A DNA stretch of 32,000 bases from Schaalia odontolytica (lineage in GTDB: Bacteria; Actinomycetota; Actinomycetes; Actinomycetales; Actinomycetaceae), in NCBI RefSeq assembly GCF_005696695.1, contig NZ_CP040006.1, forward strand, positions 1-32,000. Direction: 5' to 3'. Below the pieces are notes generated by a model, which searched no databases, was not told the origin of the DNA, and worked only from the letters and a program-made list of their open reading frames with translations. Below are positions 1 through 12,300 of the stretch, piece by piece. A program made the position numbers and the translations under genes. The stretch's first letter is position 1. Every line of letters begins with the position of its first letter.

Positions 1-1449
1 GTGGAGTCGGATTCCCTCACACGCGCGTGGGCTGCGGCCCTGGACGCAGTCCCCACCGACGAGCTGGGGCCCGTCGCCACGTCGATGCTGCGCTCGGCCC
101 GTCCCCTCGGCGATATCGAAGGCACGATCCTCCTCGCCGTCCCCAACGATTTCACCAAGCAGTGGATTGAAGACAAGGCGCAGTCGAAGCTGACGACCGC
201 CCTGTCCGTGCACCTGGGCCGCACCGTCCGCATCGCCATCACGGTCGACCCCACGCTCGAGGTCGTCACGGAAGAAGAGGAAGAGGAGGAGCCGACCCCC
301 GCCGCACCCGCTGCGCCCGCGGCCACCCCGGCCTCGTCGTTCGATGAGGACGAGGAGCACCACTCCCCCGCCCTCGTCACCGCGCCCACCGACTCCGGCC
401 CGACCCACCTCAACCCGAAGTTCACCTTCGACACCTTCGTCATCGGCCCGTCGAACCGTTTCGCGCACGCCGCCGCGCTGGCCGCCTCGGAAACCCCGGG
501 CACCGCCTTCAACCCCCTCTTTATCTACGGCGATTCCGGGCTGGGCAAGACGCACCTGCTCCAAGCCATCGGCCACAACGCGCTGTCGATGATGCCTCAC
601 CTGAAGGTCCGCTACGTCAACTCCGAAGAGTTCACGAACGAGTTCATCAACGCGATTCGTCTGAACAAGACGGACAACTCCCAGGTCGAGGCATTCCACC
701 GCCGCTACCGCGAGCTCGACATCCTTCTCATCGACGACATCCAGTTCATCGGCGACAAGGAACAGACGGTCGAAGGTTTCTTCCATACCTTTAATGCGCT
801 GCACAGCGCGAACAAGCAGATCGTCCTGACCTCGGACCTGCCCCCGGCCCAGCTCAAGGGCTTCGAGGACCGCATGCGGTCGCGCTTCTCCTCGGGTCTG
901 CTCGTGGACGTTCAGCCGCCGGACCTGGAGACCCGCATCGCGATCCTGCATAAGAAGGCGGACGCCGAGGGCCTCGAGGTGACCCCTGAGGTCTTCGAAT
1001 ACGTGGCCTCGCGCATCTCCTCGAACATCCGTGAGCTGGAGGGCGCGCTCGTGCGCATCGGCGCGTGGGCGTCGCTGTATCAGGAGCGCATCGACCTGAA
1101 CCTCGCGCAGATGATGCTCAAGGATTTCGTGTCCAACCCGGACGACAACGAGATCACCGTCAGCCTCATCATGAGCCAGTGCGCCGTCTACTTCGGCGTC
1201 ACGATCGAGCAGATGGGTTCGTCGGAGCGCAGCCACAACGTCGTCGAGGCCCGTCAGATCGCCATGTACCTGTGCCGCGAGCTCACCGACCTGTCGCTGC
1301 CCAAGATCGGGCAGGCCTTCGGACGTGACCACACGACGGTCATGCACGCGAACAAGAAGATCTCGAAGCTCATGAAGGAGAAGCGCGAGACCTTCAACCA
1401 CGTGTCGGAGCTTACAAATAGGATTAAGCAGAAGGCCAGGGAGTCGTGA
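1..1449 (+). CDS. dnaA: chromosomal replication initiator protein DnaA
   Basis: 482-aa ORF from GTG at nt 1. AAA+ Walker [12 protein letters not shown] and Walker [10 protein letters not shown]-terminal DnaA DNA-binding signature [31 protein letters not shown]. Acidic/Pro-Ala linker after domain I. Followed by oriC and dnaN. Confidence 0.96.
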   Translation: MESDSLTRAWAAALDAVPTDELGPVATSMLRSARPLGDIEGTILLAVPNDFTKQWIEDKAQSKLTTALSVHLGRTVRIAITVDPTLEVVTEEEEEEEPTPAAPAAPAATPASSFDEDEEHHSPALVTAPTDSGPTHLNPKFTFDTFVIGPSNRFAHAAALAASETPGTAFNPLFIYGDSGLGKTHLLQAIGHNALSMMPHLKVRYVNSEEFTNEFINAIRLNKTDNSQVEAFHRRYRELDILLIDDIQFIGDKEQTVEGFFHTFNALHSANKQIVLTSDLPPAQLKGFEDRMRSRFSSGLLVDVQPPDLETRIAILHKKADAEGLEVTPEVFEYVASRISSNIRELEGALVRIGAWASLYQERIDLNLAQMMLKDFVSNPDDNEITVSLIMSQCAVYFGVTIEQMGSSERSHNVVEARQIAMYLCRELTDLSLPKIGQAFGRDHTTVMHANKKISKLMKEKRETFNHVSELTNRIKQKARES

Positions 1450-1858
1450 AAATGGCGCGGGCGCTGACGAAAGTCGGCGCCCGCGCGAGATTCACAGGAG
1501 TTGTGCACAGCTGGTGGACGAATACGCATCGGCTGTGGAGAAAAAGGCCTTGCCTGTGGATCTCAAAAAGTTGTCATTTGCTTCATGCACAGGCGCTCGT
1601 GACGAATCCACAGCCTCGTCCCGGAATGACATCACAGAGATTTGACTGAAATTCCAACGCATAAGGGAGTTATCCACAGAACTCACAGCCCTTATGATGG
1701 AGGGACAGTCAAATGACAAAAATTTTTTCACAGGCCTCCGCACAACAACGTCGCCGCCGACGCTACGTGATGGCACGCGCGAGGCAAATTTCCTGCCCCA
1801 CGTGGGCACACTTGTGGGTAAAGTAGTGTCCGATCCGTTTTGTGTTTTGGAGGCAGCT
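1450..1858. other. oriC (dnaA-dnaN intergenic replication origin)
   Basis: 409-bp non-coding gap in the canonical actinobacterial oriC position. Perfect DnaA box TTATCCACA at 1670-1678. Near-boxes: TTGTGCACA 1501-1509, GAATCCACA 1604-1612, TGTGGGTAA (rc TTACCCACA) 1813-1821, TGTGGATCT 1555-1563, TGTGGAGAA 1534-1542. AT-rich tract CAAATGACAAAAATTTTTTCA at about 1709-1730 is a candidate unwinding element. Confidence 0.75.
1455..1486 (+). terminator. GC-rich hairpin after dnaA (I-shaped terminator candidate)
   Basis: GCGCGGGCGCTGAC-GAAA-GTCGGCGCCCGCGC: 14-bp stem with one G.U pair and a GAAA tetraloop, 6 nt after the dnaA stop. No U-tract follows. Confidence 0.4.
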
Positions 1859-2995
1859 ATGAAGTTCACCGTCGCCCGCGATGTTCTGGCCGAAGCCGTG
1901 TCGTGGACCGCCCGCGCGCTCCCCGTGCGTCCGGCCTCGCCGATCCTGGCCGGCGTGCGCATCAAGGCTGAGGGCGACGAGCTGACCCTGTCCTCCTTCG
2001 ACTACGAGGTCTCCGCGAACTCGCACATTCCCGCGACCGTCGACGAGGCCGGCGAGGTCCTGGTGTCCGGTCGTCTGCTCGCCGACATCTCCAAGTCGCT
2101 GCCTTCCAAGCCTGTCTCCGTCGAGCTCGATGGCCAGAAGGTGAACCTGGTTTGCGGCTCCTCGCACTTCACGCTCGCGGTCATGCCCCTCGACGAGTAC
2201 CCGCTGCTGCCCGCGCAGCCCACGGGAGTCGGCGCGATCGATTCGTCGACGCTGTCGCAGGCTGTGTCCCAGGTGTCGATCGCCGCGTCGCGCGACGACA
2301 CGCTGCCCCTGCTGACAGGCGTGCGCATCGAGATCAACGGCCCGTCGATCACGCTGCTGGCTACCGACCGCTACCGCCTCGCCATGCGCGAGCTCGATTG
2401 GGAGCCCACCGACACCTCGATCGAAGAGGTTGCCCTGGTCAAGGCCCGCATCCTCCAGGACGTCGCCAAGTCGATGACCTCGGGTGCCAAGGTCGAGGTC
2501 GGCCTGTCCGGCGAGTCCCAGCCCGGCGCCTCGTCCCTCATCGGCTTCACCGCCCAGGGTCGTCGCACCACCTCGACCCTCATGGACGGCGACTACCCCG
2601 CCGTGCGTCGCCTCTTCCCCGACACGACGCCGATCCAGGCCGTCGTCGATCGCCACGCGCTGCTCGAGGCCGTCAAGCGTATGTCGCTGGTCGCCGAGCG
2701 CAAGACCTCCGTGCGCCTCGCTTTCACCGAGGGCCAGCTGGTCCTCGAGGCCGGCCAGGGCGACAACGCCCAGGCCTCCGAAGCCATCGAGGCGACCCTG
2801 AACGGCGACGACATCTCGACCGCGTTCAACCCGCAGTTCCTCATCGACGGCCTGCAGGTCCTGGACACCGACTACGTGCGCTTCGGCTTCACGCACCCCA
2901 CGAAGCCGGCCGTCATCACGGGCCAGAAGAAGGCCGACGAGGGCGAGGTCACGCAGTTCCGCTACCTGCTGATGCCCATCCGCTTCGGCATCTGA
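1859..2995 (+). CDS. dnaN: DNA polymerase III beta sliding clamp
   Basis: 378 aa from ATG 1859 (MKFTVARDVLAEAVSWTARALP...), preceded by GGAGG at 1849-1853. Three-domain clamp length and C-terminal YLLMPIRFGI. The track ORF start at 1694 lies inside oriC and has no RBS. Confidence 0.94.
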   Translation: MKFTVARDVLAEAVSWTARALPVRPASPILAGVRIKAEGDELTLSSFDYEVSANSHIPATVDEAGEVLVSGRLLADISKSLPSKPVSVELDGQKVNLVCGSSHFTLAVMPLDEYPLLPAQPTGVGAIDSSTLSQAVSQVSIAASRDDTLPLLTGVRIEINGPSITLLATDRYRLAMRELDWEPTDTSIEEVALVKARILQDVAKSMTSGAKVEVGLSGESQPGASSLIGFTAQGRRTTSTLMDGDYPAVRRLFPDTTPIQAVVDRHALLEAVKRMSLVAERKTSVRLAFTEGQLVLEAGQGDNAQASEAIEATLNGDDISTAFNPQFLIDGLQVLDTDYVRFGFTHPTKPAVITGQKKADEGEVTQFRYLLMPIRFGI

Positions 2996-2996
2996 C

Positions 2997-4193
2997 GTGC
3001 GCGTCTCCCACCTGGCCCTCGACGACTTCCGCTCCTGGAAGCACGGGGTCGTCGAGCTGCCCGAGGGCCCCACGGTCCTCGTGGGTGCGAACGGCCAGGG
3101 AAAGACAAACCTCGTCGAGGCGCTCGCCTACCTGTCCACGTTCTCGTCGCATAGGGTCGGCGCCGAGGGTGCCCTCGTGCGCATCCCCATCGACGAGGAC
3201 GAGGCCGCCCCGGGCGGTGCCGTCATCCGCGCGCGGGTCGTAGCCTCGGGCCGCGAGCAGGTCATCGAGCTCGAAATCGTTCGCGGCAAGGCCAATCGCG
3301 CGCGCATCAACCGTGCGCAGGTCAAGCCCCGCGAGATTCTGGGCATCGTGCGCACGGTCGTGTTTGCACCCGAGGACCTCTCGCTCGTGCGCGGCGACCC
3401 GTCGGTGCGCCGATCTTTCTTGGACGACCTGGCCACGCAGCTCTCCCCCATTCACGCCTCCGTGCGCTCCGACTTCGACCGGGTCGCGCGCCAGCGTGCG
3501 GCGCTCATGAAGGCCGCACAGGCCTCGCTTCGTCGCGGCCACTCCCCCGACCTGTCGACCCTCGAGATCTGGGACCAGCAGTTCGCCGCCCTGTCCGCGC
3601 GCATCACGGCCACTCGCGCATCCATCGCATCGCGCCTGGAAGAGCCTGCCGCGCGCTCCTACGACGACGTCGCTGACTCCCCGCGCCACCTGCGCCTCGC
3701 CTTCGACGCCTCGGTCGACCGCGTCATCGGCACCGACCCCGAGAACCCGGCCAGCGCCGACCTCACCAACGTGGATGCTCAGACCGAGCGCATGCTCGCC
3801 GCCCTCGCGTCGGTGCGAGAGAAGGAAACCGAGCGCGGCGTCAACCTCGTCGGCGCACACCGCGACGACCTGACCCTCAGCCTCGGCGCGATGCCGGTCA
3901 AGGGCTATGCCTCGCACGGCGAATCATGGTCGGTCGCCCTCGCGCTGCGCCTCGGCGCCTTCGAGCTGCTCAGCGACGACGGCGACACCCCGATCCTTAT
4001 CCTCGACGACGTCTTCGCCGAACTCGACTCCTCGCGGCGCGAGGGCCTGGCCGCCCTCGCCTCGAAGGCCGAGCAGATCATCGTCACCTGCGCGGTCGCC
4101 GGCGACCTGCCCGCCTCCCTCGACCACCACGCCCTGCACGTGCGCCTCGACCCCGAGCGCGGCACCGTCATCGACGAGGCCGACGATGAGTGA
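2997..4193 (+). CDS. recF: DNA replication and repair protein RecF
   Basis: 398 aa, GTG start 1 nt after the dnaN stop. Walker A GANGQGKTNLVEAL, SMC-like signature region, Walker B ILILDDVFAELD. Confidence 0.94.
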   Translation: MRVSHLALDDFRSWKHGVVELPEGPTVLVGANGQGKTNLVEALAYLSTFSSHRVGAEGALVRIPIDEDEAAPGGAVIRARVVASGREQVIELEIVRGKANRARINRAQVKPREILGIVRTVVFAPEDLSLVRGDPSVRRSFLDDLATQLSPIHASVRSDFDRVARQRAALMKAAQASLRRGHSPDLSTLEIWDQQFAALSARITATRASIASRLEEPAARSYDDVADSPRHLRLAFDASVDRVIGTDPENPASADLTNVDAQTERMLAALASVREKETERGVNLVGAHRDDLTLSLGAMPVKGYASHGESWSVALALRLGAFELLSDDGDTPILILDDVFAELDSSRREGLAALASKAEQIIVTCAVAGDLPASLDHHALHVRLDPERGTVIDEADDE

Positions 4194-4974
4194 GCGCGAG
4201 GACGTGGCCGCCGACGAGCTGAGCGGAGCTGTGGCCCCCGGCGAAGAAGCCGACGCCGACGAGTTCGTCGTCCGTGCCCTCGAGCGAGCCCAGAGCGTCG
4301 CCCGCACGCACGGCTACACGAGGTCCACCCTGCCCTCGTGGGGCCTGGACGAAACACGTCCCCGACGCAGCCTCGACGGATCCAGCGAATACGCAGCCAT
4401 CGAAACCGATGGATTCGGCCGCCTCGCCGACGAGGAGAGCGTTGCCGCGCGCGCCGCAGCCCGAGCCGCCGCCTACCGCCACGCCAACGGGATCGAAGCC
4501 CCGGCCTCGTCGACAGATGAAGACCCCGAGGGTGACCTCGCGGCCCTGCGCCAGGCCCTGGAGGGAACCGGCGCCTCGTGGAGCCGCGCCCCCGGCATGG
4601 CAGCCATGCGCCCGCGCTACCGCAGGGCCAACTCCCTGGGCGCGATCCTGGCGCGCACGATCAAGATGCGCGAATGGGACACCCCCACCAAGATGGGGTC
4701 GATCATGGCGAAATGGCGCGACATCGTCGGCCCGCAGGTCGCCGAACATGCCCGCATCGAGACCTTCGAGGGCCACCGCCTGGTCGTGCGCACCGACTCC
4801 ACGGCCTGGGCCAAACAGCTCCAGCTGCTCCTACCCACCATCGAGCGGCGCATCGCCGAAAAGGTCGGATCCGGCGTCGTCGAGCAGGTCATTATCCGAG
4901 GCCCCGTCGCCCCCTCGTGGCGCAAAGGCCCATACGTCGTGCGTGGCCGAGGTCCGCGCGCCGACTACGGGTGA
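4186..4974 (+). CDS. DUF721 domain protein (DciA-like, Rv0004 position)
   Basis: 262 aa from ATG 4186, overlapping the recF stop by 8 nt (ATGAGTGA). C-terminal block WRDIVGPQVAEHARIETFEGHRLVVRTDSTAWAKQLQLLLPTIERRIAEKVG is typical of DUF721. Conserved position after recF. The track start at 3907 would lie inside recF. Confidence 0.8.
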   Translation: MSEREDVAADELSGAVAPGEEADADEFVVRALERAQSVARTHGYTRSTLPSWGLDETRPRRSLDGSSEYAAIETDGFGRLADEESVAARAAARAAAYRHANGIEAPASSTDEDPEGDLAALRQALEGTGASWSRAPGMAAMRPRYRRANSLGAILARTIKMREWDTPTKMGSIMAKWRDIVGPQVAEHARIETFEGHRLVVRTDSTAWAKQLQLLLPTIERRIAEKVGSGVVEQVIIRGPVAPSWRKGPYVVRGRGPRADYG

Positions 4975-5074
4975 CAGCTCCGCGCACGTCGGCGTCCAAA
5001 TGATGTTTCTGACCGCGCGGTCTCTGATACGCTGTTCCGTTAGCCCGCGCGTGAGGGCTTGTTAAGGAGACATC

Positions 5075-5974
5075 ATGAGCAATCCATTCGCCAGGAACGA
5101 AGGAAGCGCCCAGGGATTTGGCCAGCAGGGCGGATACCCCGGTGCCGCCCAGGGCGGATACCAGCAGGGATTTGGCCAGCAGGGTGGGTACGCCCCCGGC
5201 CAGTACCAGGGTGGATTCCCCCAAGGTGCACCCCAGCAGGCCTACGGCCAGTGGAACCCGCAGGGTGGATACGGCGGACAGGGTGGATTCCCCCAGGGCG
5301 CGCCCCAGCAGGGCGGCAAGTCCAAGACGCCGCTCATCATCGGCATCATCGCGGCCGTCGTCGTCATCGCGATCATCGTCGGTGTCGTCATCTGGGCGAT
5401 GTCGGACTCCGATTCCGACGACTCCTCGAACACTTCCGCCCCCGCACCCGGCACCTCCGCACCGGCGAACCCGGGGAGCGGCAGCGCAAACCCGGCGAAC
5501 CCCGCGCCCGGCAACCCTCAAGCGCCGAACAACACCAACCCGTCCGCCGCACCCACGCAGGGAAACGGAACGGGAGCCAACGGCTTGCTCAGCATGACCC
5601 CGGTGGGCGCTAACTGTCTCTACGAGATTACCGATATCTCGTACGGACCCAAGGCCGATAACAACGAGCAGACGCTCAAGATCACCTTCAAGGTCACGAA
5701 CAAGGGTAATGCGGCGGAATTTGGTGGCATGTACCCCCGTCCGTACCAGAACAACGAAGAGCTCGGCTCGCCTAACTTCTTCCGGACTCCGGAGCCCGAC
5801 GACTTCGAATACGTGCCTGGCGTAGTCGACGTTCCTGCTGGGCAGTCGGTCGAATATGTCGTCTACCGGGTTATCTCGGATAAGAGGGACCCCATCGAGT
5901 TCCGCGACCCGAACTGGATCATCCTCCAGGGCCAGGGCAAGGATTACCAAAAGTGGACCTGGCAGCCGAAGTGA
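5075..5974 (+). CDS. single-pass membrane protein with Q/G/Y-rich N-terminus and C-terminal beta-rich extracytoplasmic domain
   Basis: 299 aa, ATG with AAGGAG RBS at 5064-5069. N-terminal low-complexity repeats (GFGQQGGY, QGGFPQGAPQQ twice). TM helix LIIGIIAAVVVIAIIVGVVIWA. Ser/Pro/Asn linker, then a roughly 115-aa globular domain. Family not recognised with certainty. Confidence 0.75.
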   Translation: MSNPFARNEGSAQGFGQQGGYPGAAQGGYQQGFGQQGGYAPGQYQGGFPQGAPQQAYGQWNPQGGYGGQGGFPQGAPQQGGKSKTPLIIGIIAAVVVIAIIVGVVIWAMSDSDSDDSSNTSAPAPGTSAPANPGSGSANPANPAPGNPQAPNNTNPSAAPTQGNGTGANGLLSMTPVGANCLYEITDISYGPKADNNEQTLKITFKVTNKGNAAEFGGMYPRPYQNNEELGSPNFFRTPEPDDFEYVPGVVDVPAGQSVEYVVYRVISDKRDPIEFRDPNWIILQGQGKDYQKWTWQPK

Positions 5975-6075
5975 TCAGCTGATCAGGCGTCGCGCACGCA
6001 TCCGCTCAGAGCTCTGTATCGGCGTCGTACGGAGCCTCCTGGCGCGCGAATCATCGCTGCTGACGAGTGAGTAAC

Positions 6076-6107
6076 GGGGCCGCCCTCCCAGCCGGGAGGG
6101 CGGCCCC
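6076..6107 (+). terminator. perfect 14-bp GC hairpin (terminator candidate)
   Basis: GGGGCCGCCCTCCC-AGCC-GGGAGGGCGGCCCC, about 100 nt after the 5974 stop. No U-tract. Confidence 0.5.
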
Positions 6108-6227
6108 GTGCGTCCCAGCCGCAACCACAATCGACATGTGACTGATCACAGTCTACTTTTCGTTGGAATCATGCAGTTTGTAAAGTAACCCTCCGAGCCT
6201 GTCAATCCCGGGAACAAGCGCCACTTT

Positions 6228-6236
6228 TGGTAGAAT
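6228..6236 (+). promoter_or_regulatory. candidate extended -10 promoter element for gyrBA
   Basis: TGG-TAGAAT (TGn plus -10 hexamer TAGAAT at 6231-6236), 46 nt upstream of the gyrB GTG, in an AT-richer stretch. No good -35 hexamer. Confidence 0.35.
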
Positions 6237-6281
6237 CTACAAGGTTAAACATCTATTTTCGCGCAATGCGAGGGGAGCCAC

Positions 6282-8306
6282 GTGGCTGACAACGAGAAGA
6301 CCGCCGAAGGCGAGCAGTCCTACGGCGCATCGGACATCACCGTCCTCGAGGGCCTGGAAGCCGTCCGCAAGCGCCCGGGCATGTACATCGGATCCACCGG
6401 CGAACGCGGCCTGCACCACCTGGTGTACGAGGTCGTCGACAACTCCGTGGACGAGGCCCTGGCCGGCTACGCCGACCACATCGAGGTCACGATCCAGGAA
6501 GACGGCGGCATCAAGGTCGTCGACAACGGTCGAGGCATCCCCGTCGACGAGCACCCCACCGAGCACAAGCCCACCGTCGAGGTCGTCATGACGATCCTCC
6601 ACGCCGGCGGCAAGTTCGGCGGCGGCGGCTACGCCGTCTCGGGCGGCCTGCACGGCGTCGGCATCTCCGTCGTTAACGCCCTGTCCACCCGCGTGAACAC
6701 CGAGATCCGCCGCCAGGGCTACGTGTGGCGCATGTCGTTCGCAAACGGCGGCACCCCCATCACGCCCCTCGAGCGCGGCGAAGAAACCGACGAAACCGGC
6801 ACCACGCAGGTCTTCTACCCGGACCCGGAGATCTTCGAAACCGTCGAATTCGACTTCGAGACCCTGCGCCAGCGCTTCCAGCAGATGGCCTTCCTCAACA
6901 AGGGCCTGCGCATCACCCTGACCGACGAACGCGAGTTCGCCACCGACGAAGGCGACGAGATCGCCGGCGGCGAGGAGGCCTCGGACAAGAAGACCAAGGG
7001 CCACCGCACCGTCTCCTACTGCTACGAGCACGGCCTGCGCGACTACGTCGAATACCTCGACTCCGCCAAGAAGTCCGAGACGATCAACAACGAGATCATC
7101 GACTTCGAAGCCGAAAACGACGAAGGCACCATGAGCGTGGAAATCGCCATGCAGTGGACCACCGCCTACTCCTCGTCCGTCCACACCTTCGCCAACACCA
7201 TCAACACGACCGAAGGCGGCATGCACGAGGAGGGCTTCCGCACCGCGCTGACCTCCCTCGTCAACCGCTACGGCCGCGAAAAGGGCATCATCCGCGACAA
7301 GGACGACAACCTCACCGGTGACGACGTCCGCGAAGGCCTGACCGCCGTCATCTCGATCAAGCTCACCGAGCCCCAGTTCGAGGGCCAGACGAAGACCAAG
7401 CTCGGCAACACCGAGGCCCGCACCTTCGTCGCCCAGCAGGTCTACTCCAAGCTCACCGACTGGTTCGATGCCCACCCCGCCGACGCCAAGGCCATCATCA
7501 ACAAGGGCCAGGCCGCCCAGGCCGCCCGCGTCGCCGCCCGCAAGGCCCGCGAGGCCACCCGCCGCAAGGGCGTCCTCGAGTCGGCTTCGATGCCCGGCAA
7601 GCTGCGCGACTGCTCCTCGCGCACGCCCTCCGAGTGCGAAATCTTCATCGTCGAGGGCGACTCTGCAGGCGGCTCCGCCGTCGGCGGCCGCGACCCCGAG
7701 CGTCAGGCCATCCTGCCGATCCGCGGCAAGATCCTCAACGTCGAAAAGGCGCGCTTGGACCGAGCCTTGTCCTCGGACACCATCCGCTCCCTCATCACCG
7801 CCTTCGGCACCGGCATCGGCGAAGACTTCGACATCTCGAAGCTGCGCTACGGCAAGATCGTCATCATGGCCGACGCCGACGTCGACGGCCAGCACATCGC
7901 CACGCTGCTGCTGACCCTCCTCTTCCGCTACATGCGACCCCTTATCGAGGGCGGCCACACCTTCATCGCCATGCCCCCGCTGTACCGCATCAAGTGGACC
8001 AACGCCGAGCACGAATTCGCATACTCCGACAAGGAGCGCGACGAACTGCTCGCCGCCGGCGCCGCCGCGAACCGCCGCCTGCCCAAGGAAGGCGGCATCC
8101 AGCGCTACAAGGGTCTGGGCGAAATGAACGACCACGAACTGTGGGAGACCACCATGGATCCGGCCAGCCGAATCCTCAAGCAGGTCACCCTCGACGAGGC
8201 CGCAGACGCCGACGAGACCTTCACGATCCTCATGGGCGACGACGTCGACCGACGCCGCACGTTCATCCAGCGCAACGCCACCGACGTGCGCTTCCTCGAC
8301 ATCTGA
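6282..8306 (+). CDS. gyrB: DNA gyrase subunit B
   Basis: 674 aa. GHKL ATPase motifs ([24 protein letters not shown]), Toprim [24 protein letters not shown]. Confidence 0.98.
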   Translation: MADNEKTAEGEQSYGASDITVLEGLEAVRKRPGMYIGSTGERGLHHLVYEVVDNSVDEALAGYADHIEVTIQEDGGIKVVDNGRGIPVDEHPTEHKPTVEVVMTILHAGGKFGGGGYAVSGGLHGVGISVVNALSTRVNTEIRRQGYVWRMSFANGGTPITPLERGEETDETGTTQVFYPDPEIFETVEFDFETLRQRFQQMAFLNKGLRITLTDEREFATDEGDEIAGGEEASDKKTKGHRTVSYCYEHGLRDYVEYLDSAKKSETINNEIIDFEAENDEGTMSVEIAMQWTTAYSSSVHTFANTINTTEGGMHEEGFRTALTSLVNRYGREKGIIRDKDDNLTGDDVREGLTAVISIKLTEPQFEGQTKTKLGNTEARTFVAQQVYSKLTDWFDAHPADAKAIINKGQAAQAARVAARKAREATRRKGVLESASMPGKLRDCSSRTPSECEIFIVEGDSAGGSAVGGRDPERQAILPIRGKILNVEKARLDRALSSDTIRSLITAFGTGIGEDFDISKLRYGKIVIMADADVDGQHIATLLLTLLFRYMRPLIEGGHTFIAMPPLYRIKWTNAEHEFAYSDKERDELLAAGAAANRRLPKEGGIQRYKGLGEMNDHELWETTMDPASRILKQVTLDEAADADETFTILMGDDVDRRRTFIQRNATDVRFLDI

Positions 8307-8381
8307 CATCACCCACGACCAGCCCAGCCCCGGCCTCGTACCGGGCGGGCCTGATCGAGCAGAAACAACGTAAGGAAAAAC

Positions 8382-11012
<2,631 letters not shown>

Positions 11013-11016
11013 CGCG

Positions 11017-11054
11017 TGATCACGGGACGAGGCCCACGCCTCGTCCCGTGATCA
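11017..11054 (+). terminator. perfect 16-bp hairpin after gyrA
   Basis: TGATCACGGGACGAGG-CCCACG-CCTCGTCCCGTGATCA, starting 5 nt after the gyrA stop. Confidence 0.6.
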
Positions 11055-11139
11055 ATCTGCCAAAGCGGCGCGGAACCAGCGCCGGTGCCAGGCGATGCGG
11101 TAGCCTGGCAGGTAGGAAGTGCGACCTGGAAGGAAACCC

Positions 11140-11532
11140 ATGAGCGACCACGTCTCGAGCACCCGCAGCGACGCTCCCCGCCGAGTTGACCTGGCCATCG
11201 CGCGCATCGACGCGTGGACCGTCATGAAGGTGGCGTTCCTGCTGTCCGTCGCCCTGGGTATCGCAATGGTCGTCGCCACGATCGTCCTGTGGCTCATGGT
11301 CGACGCCATGCACGTCTTCAGCCAGCTTGAGGAATTCCTCAAGACCATGGGCGCCGGACGCTACGCGGACCTCCTGGACTACGCTCGTCTGCCGCGCGTC
11401 ATCTCCTACGCGACCATCGTCGCAGTCATCAACGTCGTGCTGCTCACCGCCCTGTCGACGCTGGGAGCCATGCTCTACAACGTCGTCGCCTCGTTGGTGG
11501 GTGGCGTCAAGGTGTCTCTCATGGATGAGTGA
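11140..11532 (+). CDS. DUF3566 domain membrane protein (Rv0007-like)
   Basis: 130 aa from ATG 11140 (RBS GGAAGGAAA); an alternative GTG lies at 11119. Two TM helices. DLAIARIDAWTVMKVAFLLSVALGI and the C-terminal LYNVVASLVGGVKVSL are typical of the family. Conserved position after gyrA. Confidence 0.82.
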   Translation: MSDHVSSTRSDAPRRVDLAIARIDAWTVMKVAFLLSVALGIAMVVATIVLWLMVDAMHVFSQLEEFLKTMGAGRYADLLDYARLPRVISYATIVAVINVVLLTALSTLGAMLYNVVASLVGGVKVSLMDE

Positions 11533-11544
11533 GGGCACTCGCGC

Positions 11545-11573
11545 AAGGGGTCGGCTGATGTCGGCCCCTTTTG
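11545..11573 (+). terminator. intrinsic terminator after the DUF3566 gene
   Basis: AAGGGGTCGGC-TGAT-GTCGGCCCCTT followed by TTTG. 11-bp stem including two G.U pairs, with a T-run. Confidence 0.6.
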
Positions 11574-11600
11574 CTATGCCTTGTGACGGTTATCGCGCTG

Positions 11601-11642
11601 CTTGTAGCCCCGCCTGATCTCCTTGTAGCCCCGCCTGATCTC
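11601..11642. repeat. perfect 21-bp tandem duplication
   Basis: CTTGTAGCCCCGCCTGATCTC occurs at 11601-11621 and again at 11622-11642. Confidence 0.95.
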
Positions 11643-11700
11643 CGGCCGCCGCGTGTCCTGCCCGCCCGCGAGTCGTCCGCGCCGCGAGCTTCGCTCGGCG

Positions 11701-12052
11701 CGTCGTCTCGAAGCACGGCCAGGCCCCGCAGGCCACGCGGCGGCCTCCAATCGGGCGGTGCTTGGTACGTGTGCCCCGCCACCGCCCACCGGCACTGCGG
11801 CAGCTCCCTCCGGCGCCCTTCACATCAGTGGCGCCTTGTCGCTGACGTGTGGCCGGGGCGTCGTCTCGAAGCTCGGCCAGGCCCCGCAGGCCCCGCGGCG
11901 GCCTCCAATCGGGCGGGGCTTGGGGTGCGTGTGCTTGCTCTGGCCCCGCCACCGCCCACCGGCACCGCGGCAGCTCCCTCCGGCGCCCTTCACATCAGTG
12001 GCGCCTTGTCGCTGACGTGTGGCCGGGGCGTCGTCTCGAAGCTCGTCCCGGC
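11701..12052. repeat. GC-rich tandem repeat, module 1 of the composite element (locus A)
   Basis: Units start with CGTCGTCTCGAAGC at 11701, 11859 and 12029 (158 bp, 170 bp, then a partial unit). Copies 1 and 2 are nearly identical apart from a 12-bp indel. Preceded by the hairpin CGCGC(CG)CGAGC-TTC-GCTCGGCGCG at about 11679-11703. Confidence 0.9.
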
Positions 12053-12143
12053 CCCACTATCGCTCACTGTCGCCCGATGTCGGCGCTGCGTGGCCTCACC
12101 TGACTGTGTGTGCTGTACCTCGCTCGATGCCGGGTCATTAATT

Positions 12144-12249
12144 TCGCACGTAATTCCCCTGCGACTGTTTCAGGATTTGAATTGTGATCGTTGGTATTTC
12201 AACGTTTCTGCGTGTTGTTGTGGGGTCGGTCCGATCGAATTACGTGCGA
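12144..12249. repeat. 13-bp perfect inverted repeat flanking an AT-richer 80-bp core
   Basis: TCGCACGTAATTC (12144-12156) and GAATTACGTGCGA (12237-12249). Confidence 0.7.
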
Positions 12250-12300
12250 TTTTTCTAGGAGTGGGTTTGAAGCTACGTGTGGGTGTCGCAGATCCTTCGC

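Noticed and set aside
1694-1858. Longer dnaN start at 1694 (433 aa), and likewise a DUF721 start at 3907 (355 aa)
   Set aside because: The extensions run through oriC or through recF and have non-protein-like composition. The conserved N-termini (MKFTVARD.., MSEREDV..) begin at ATG 1859, which has a GGAGG RBS, and at ATG 4186, which overlaps the recF stop.
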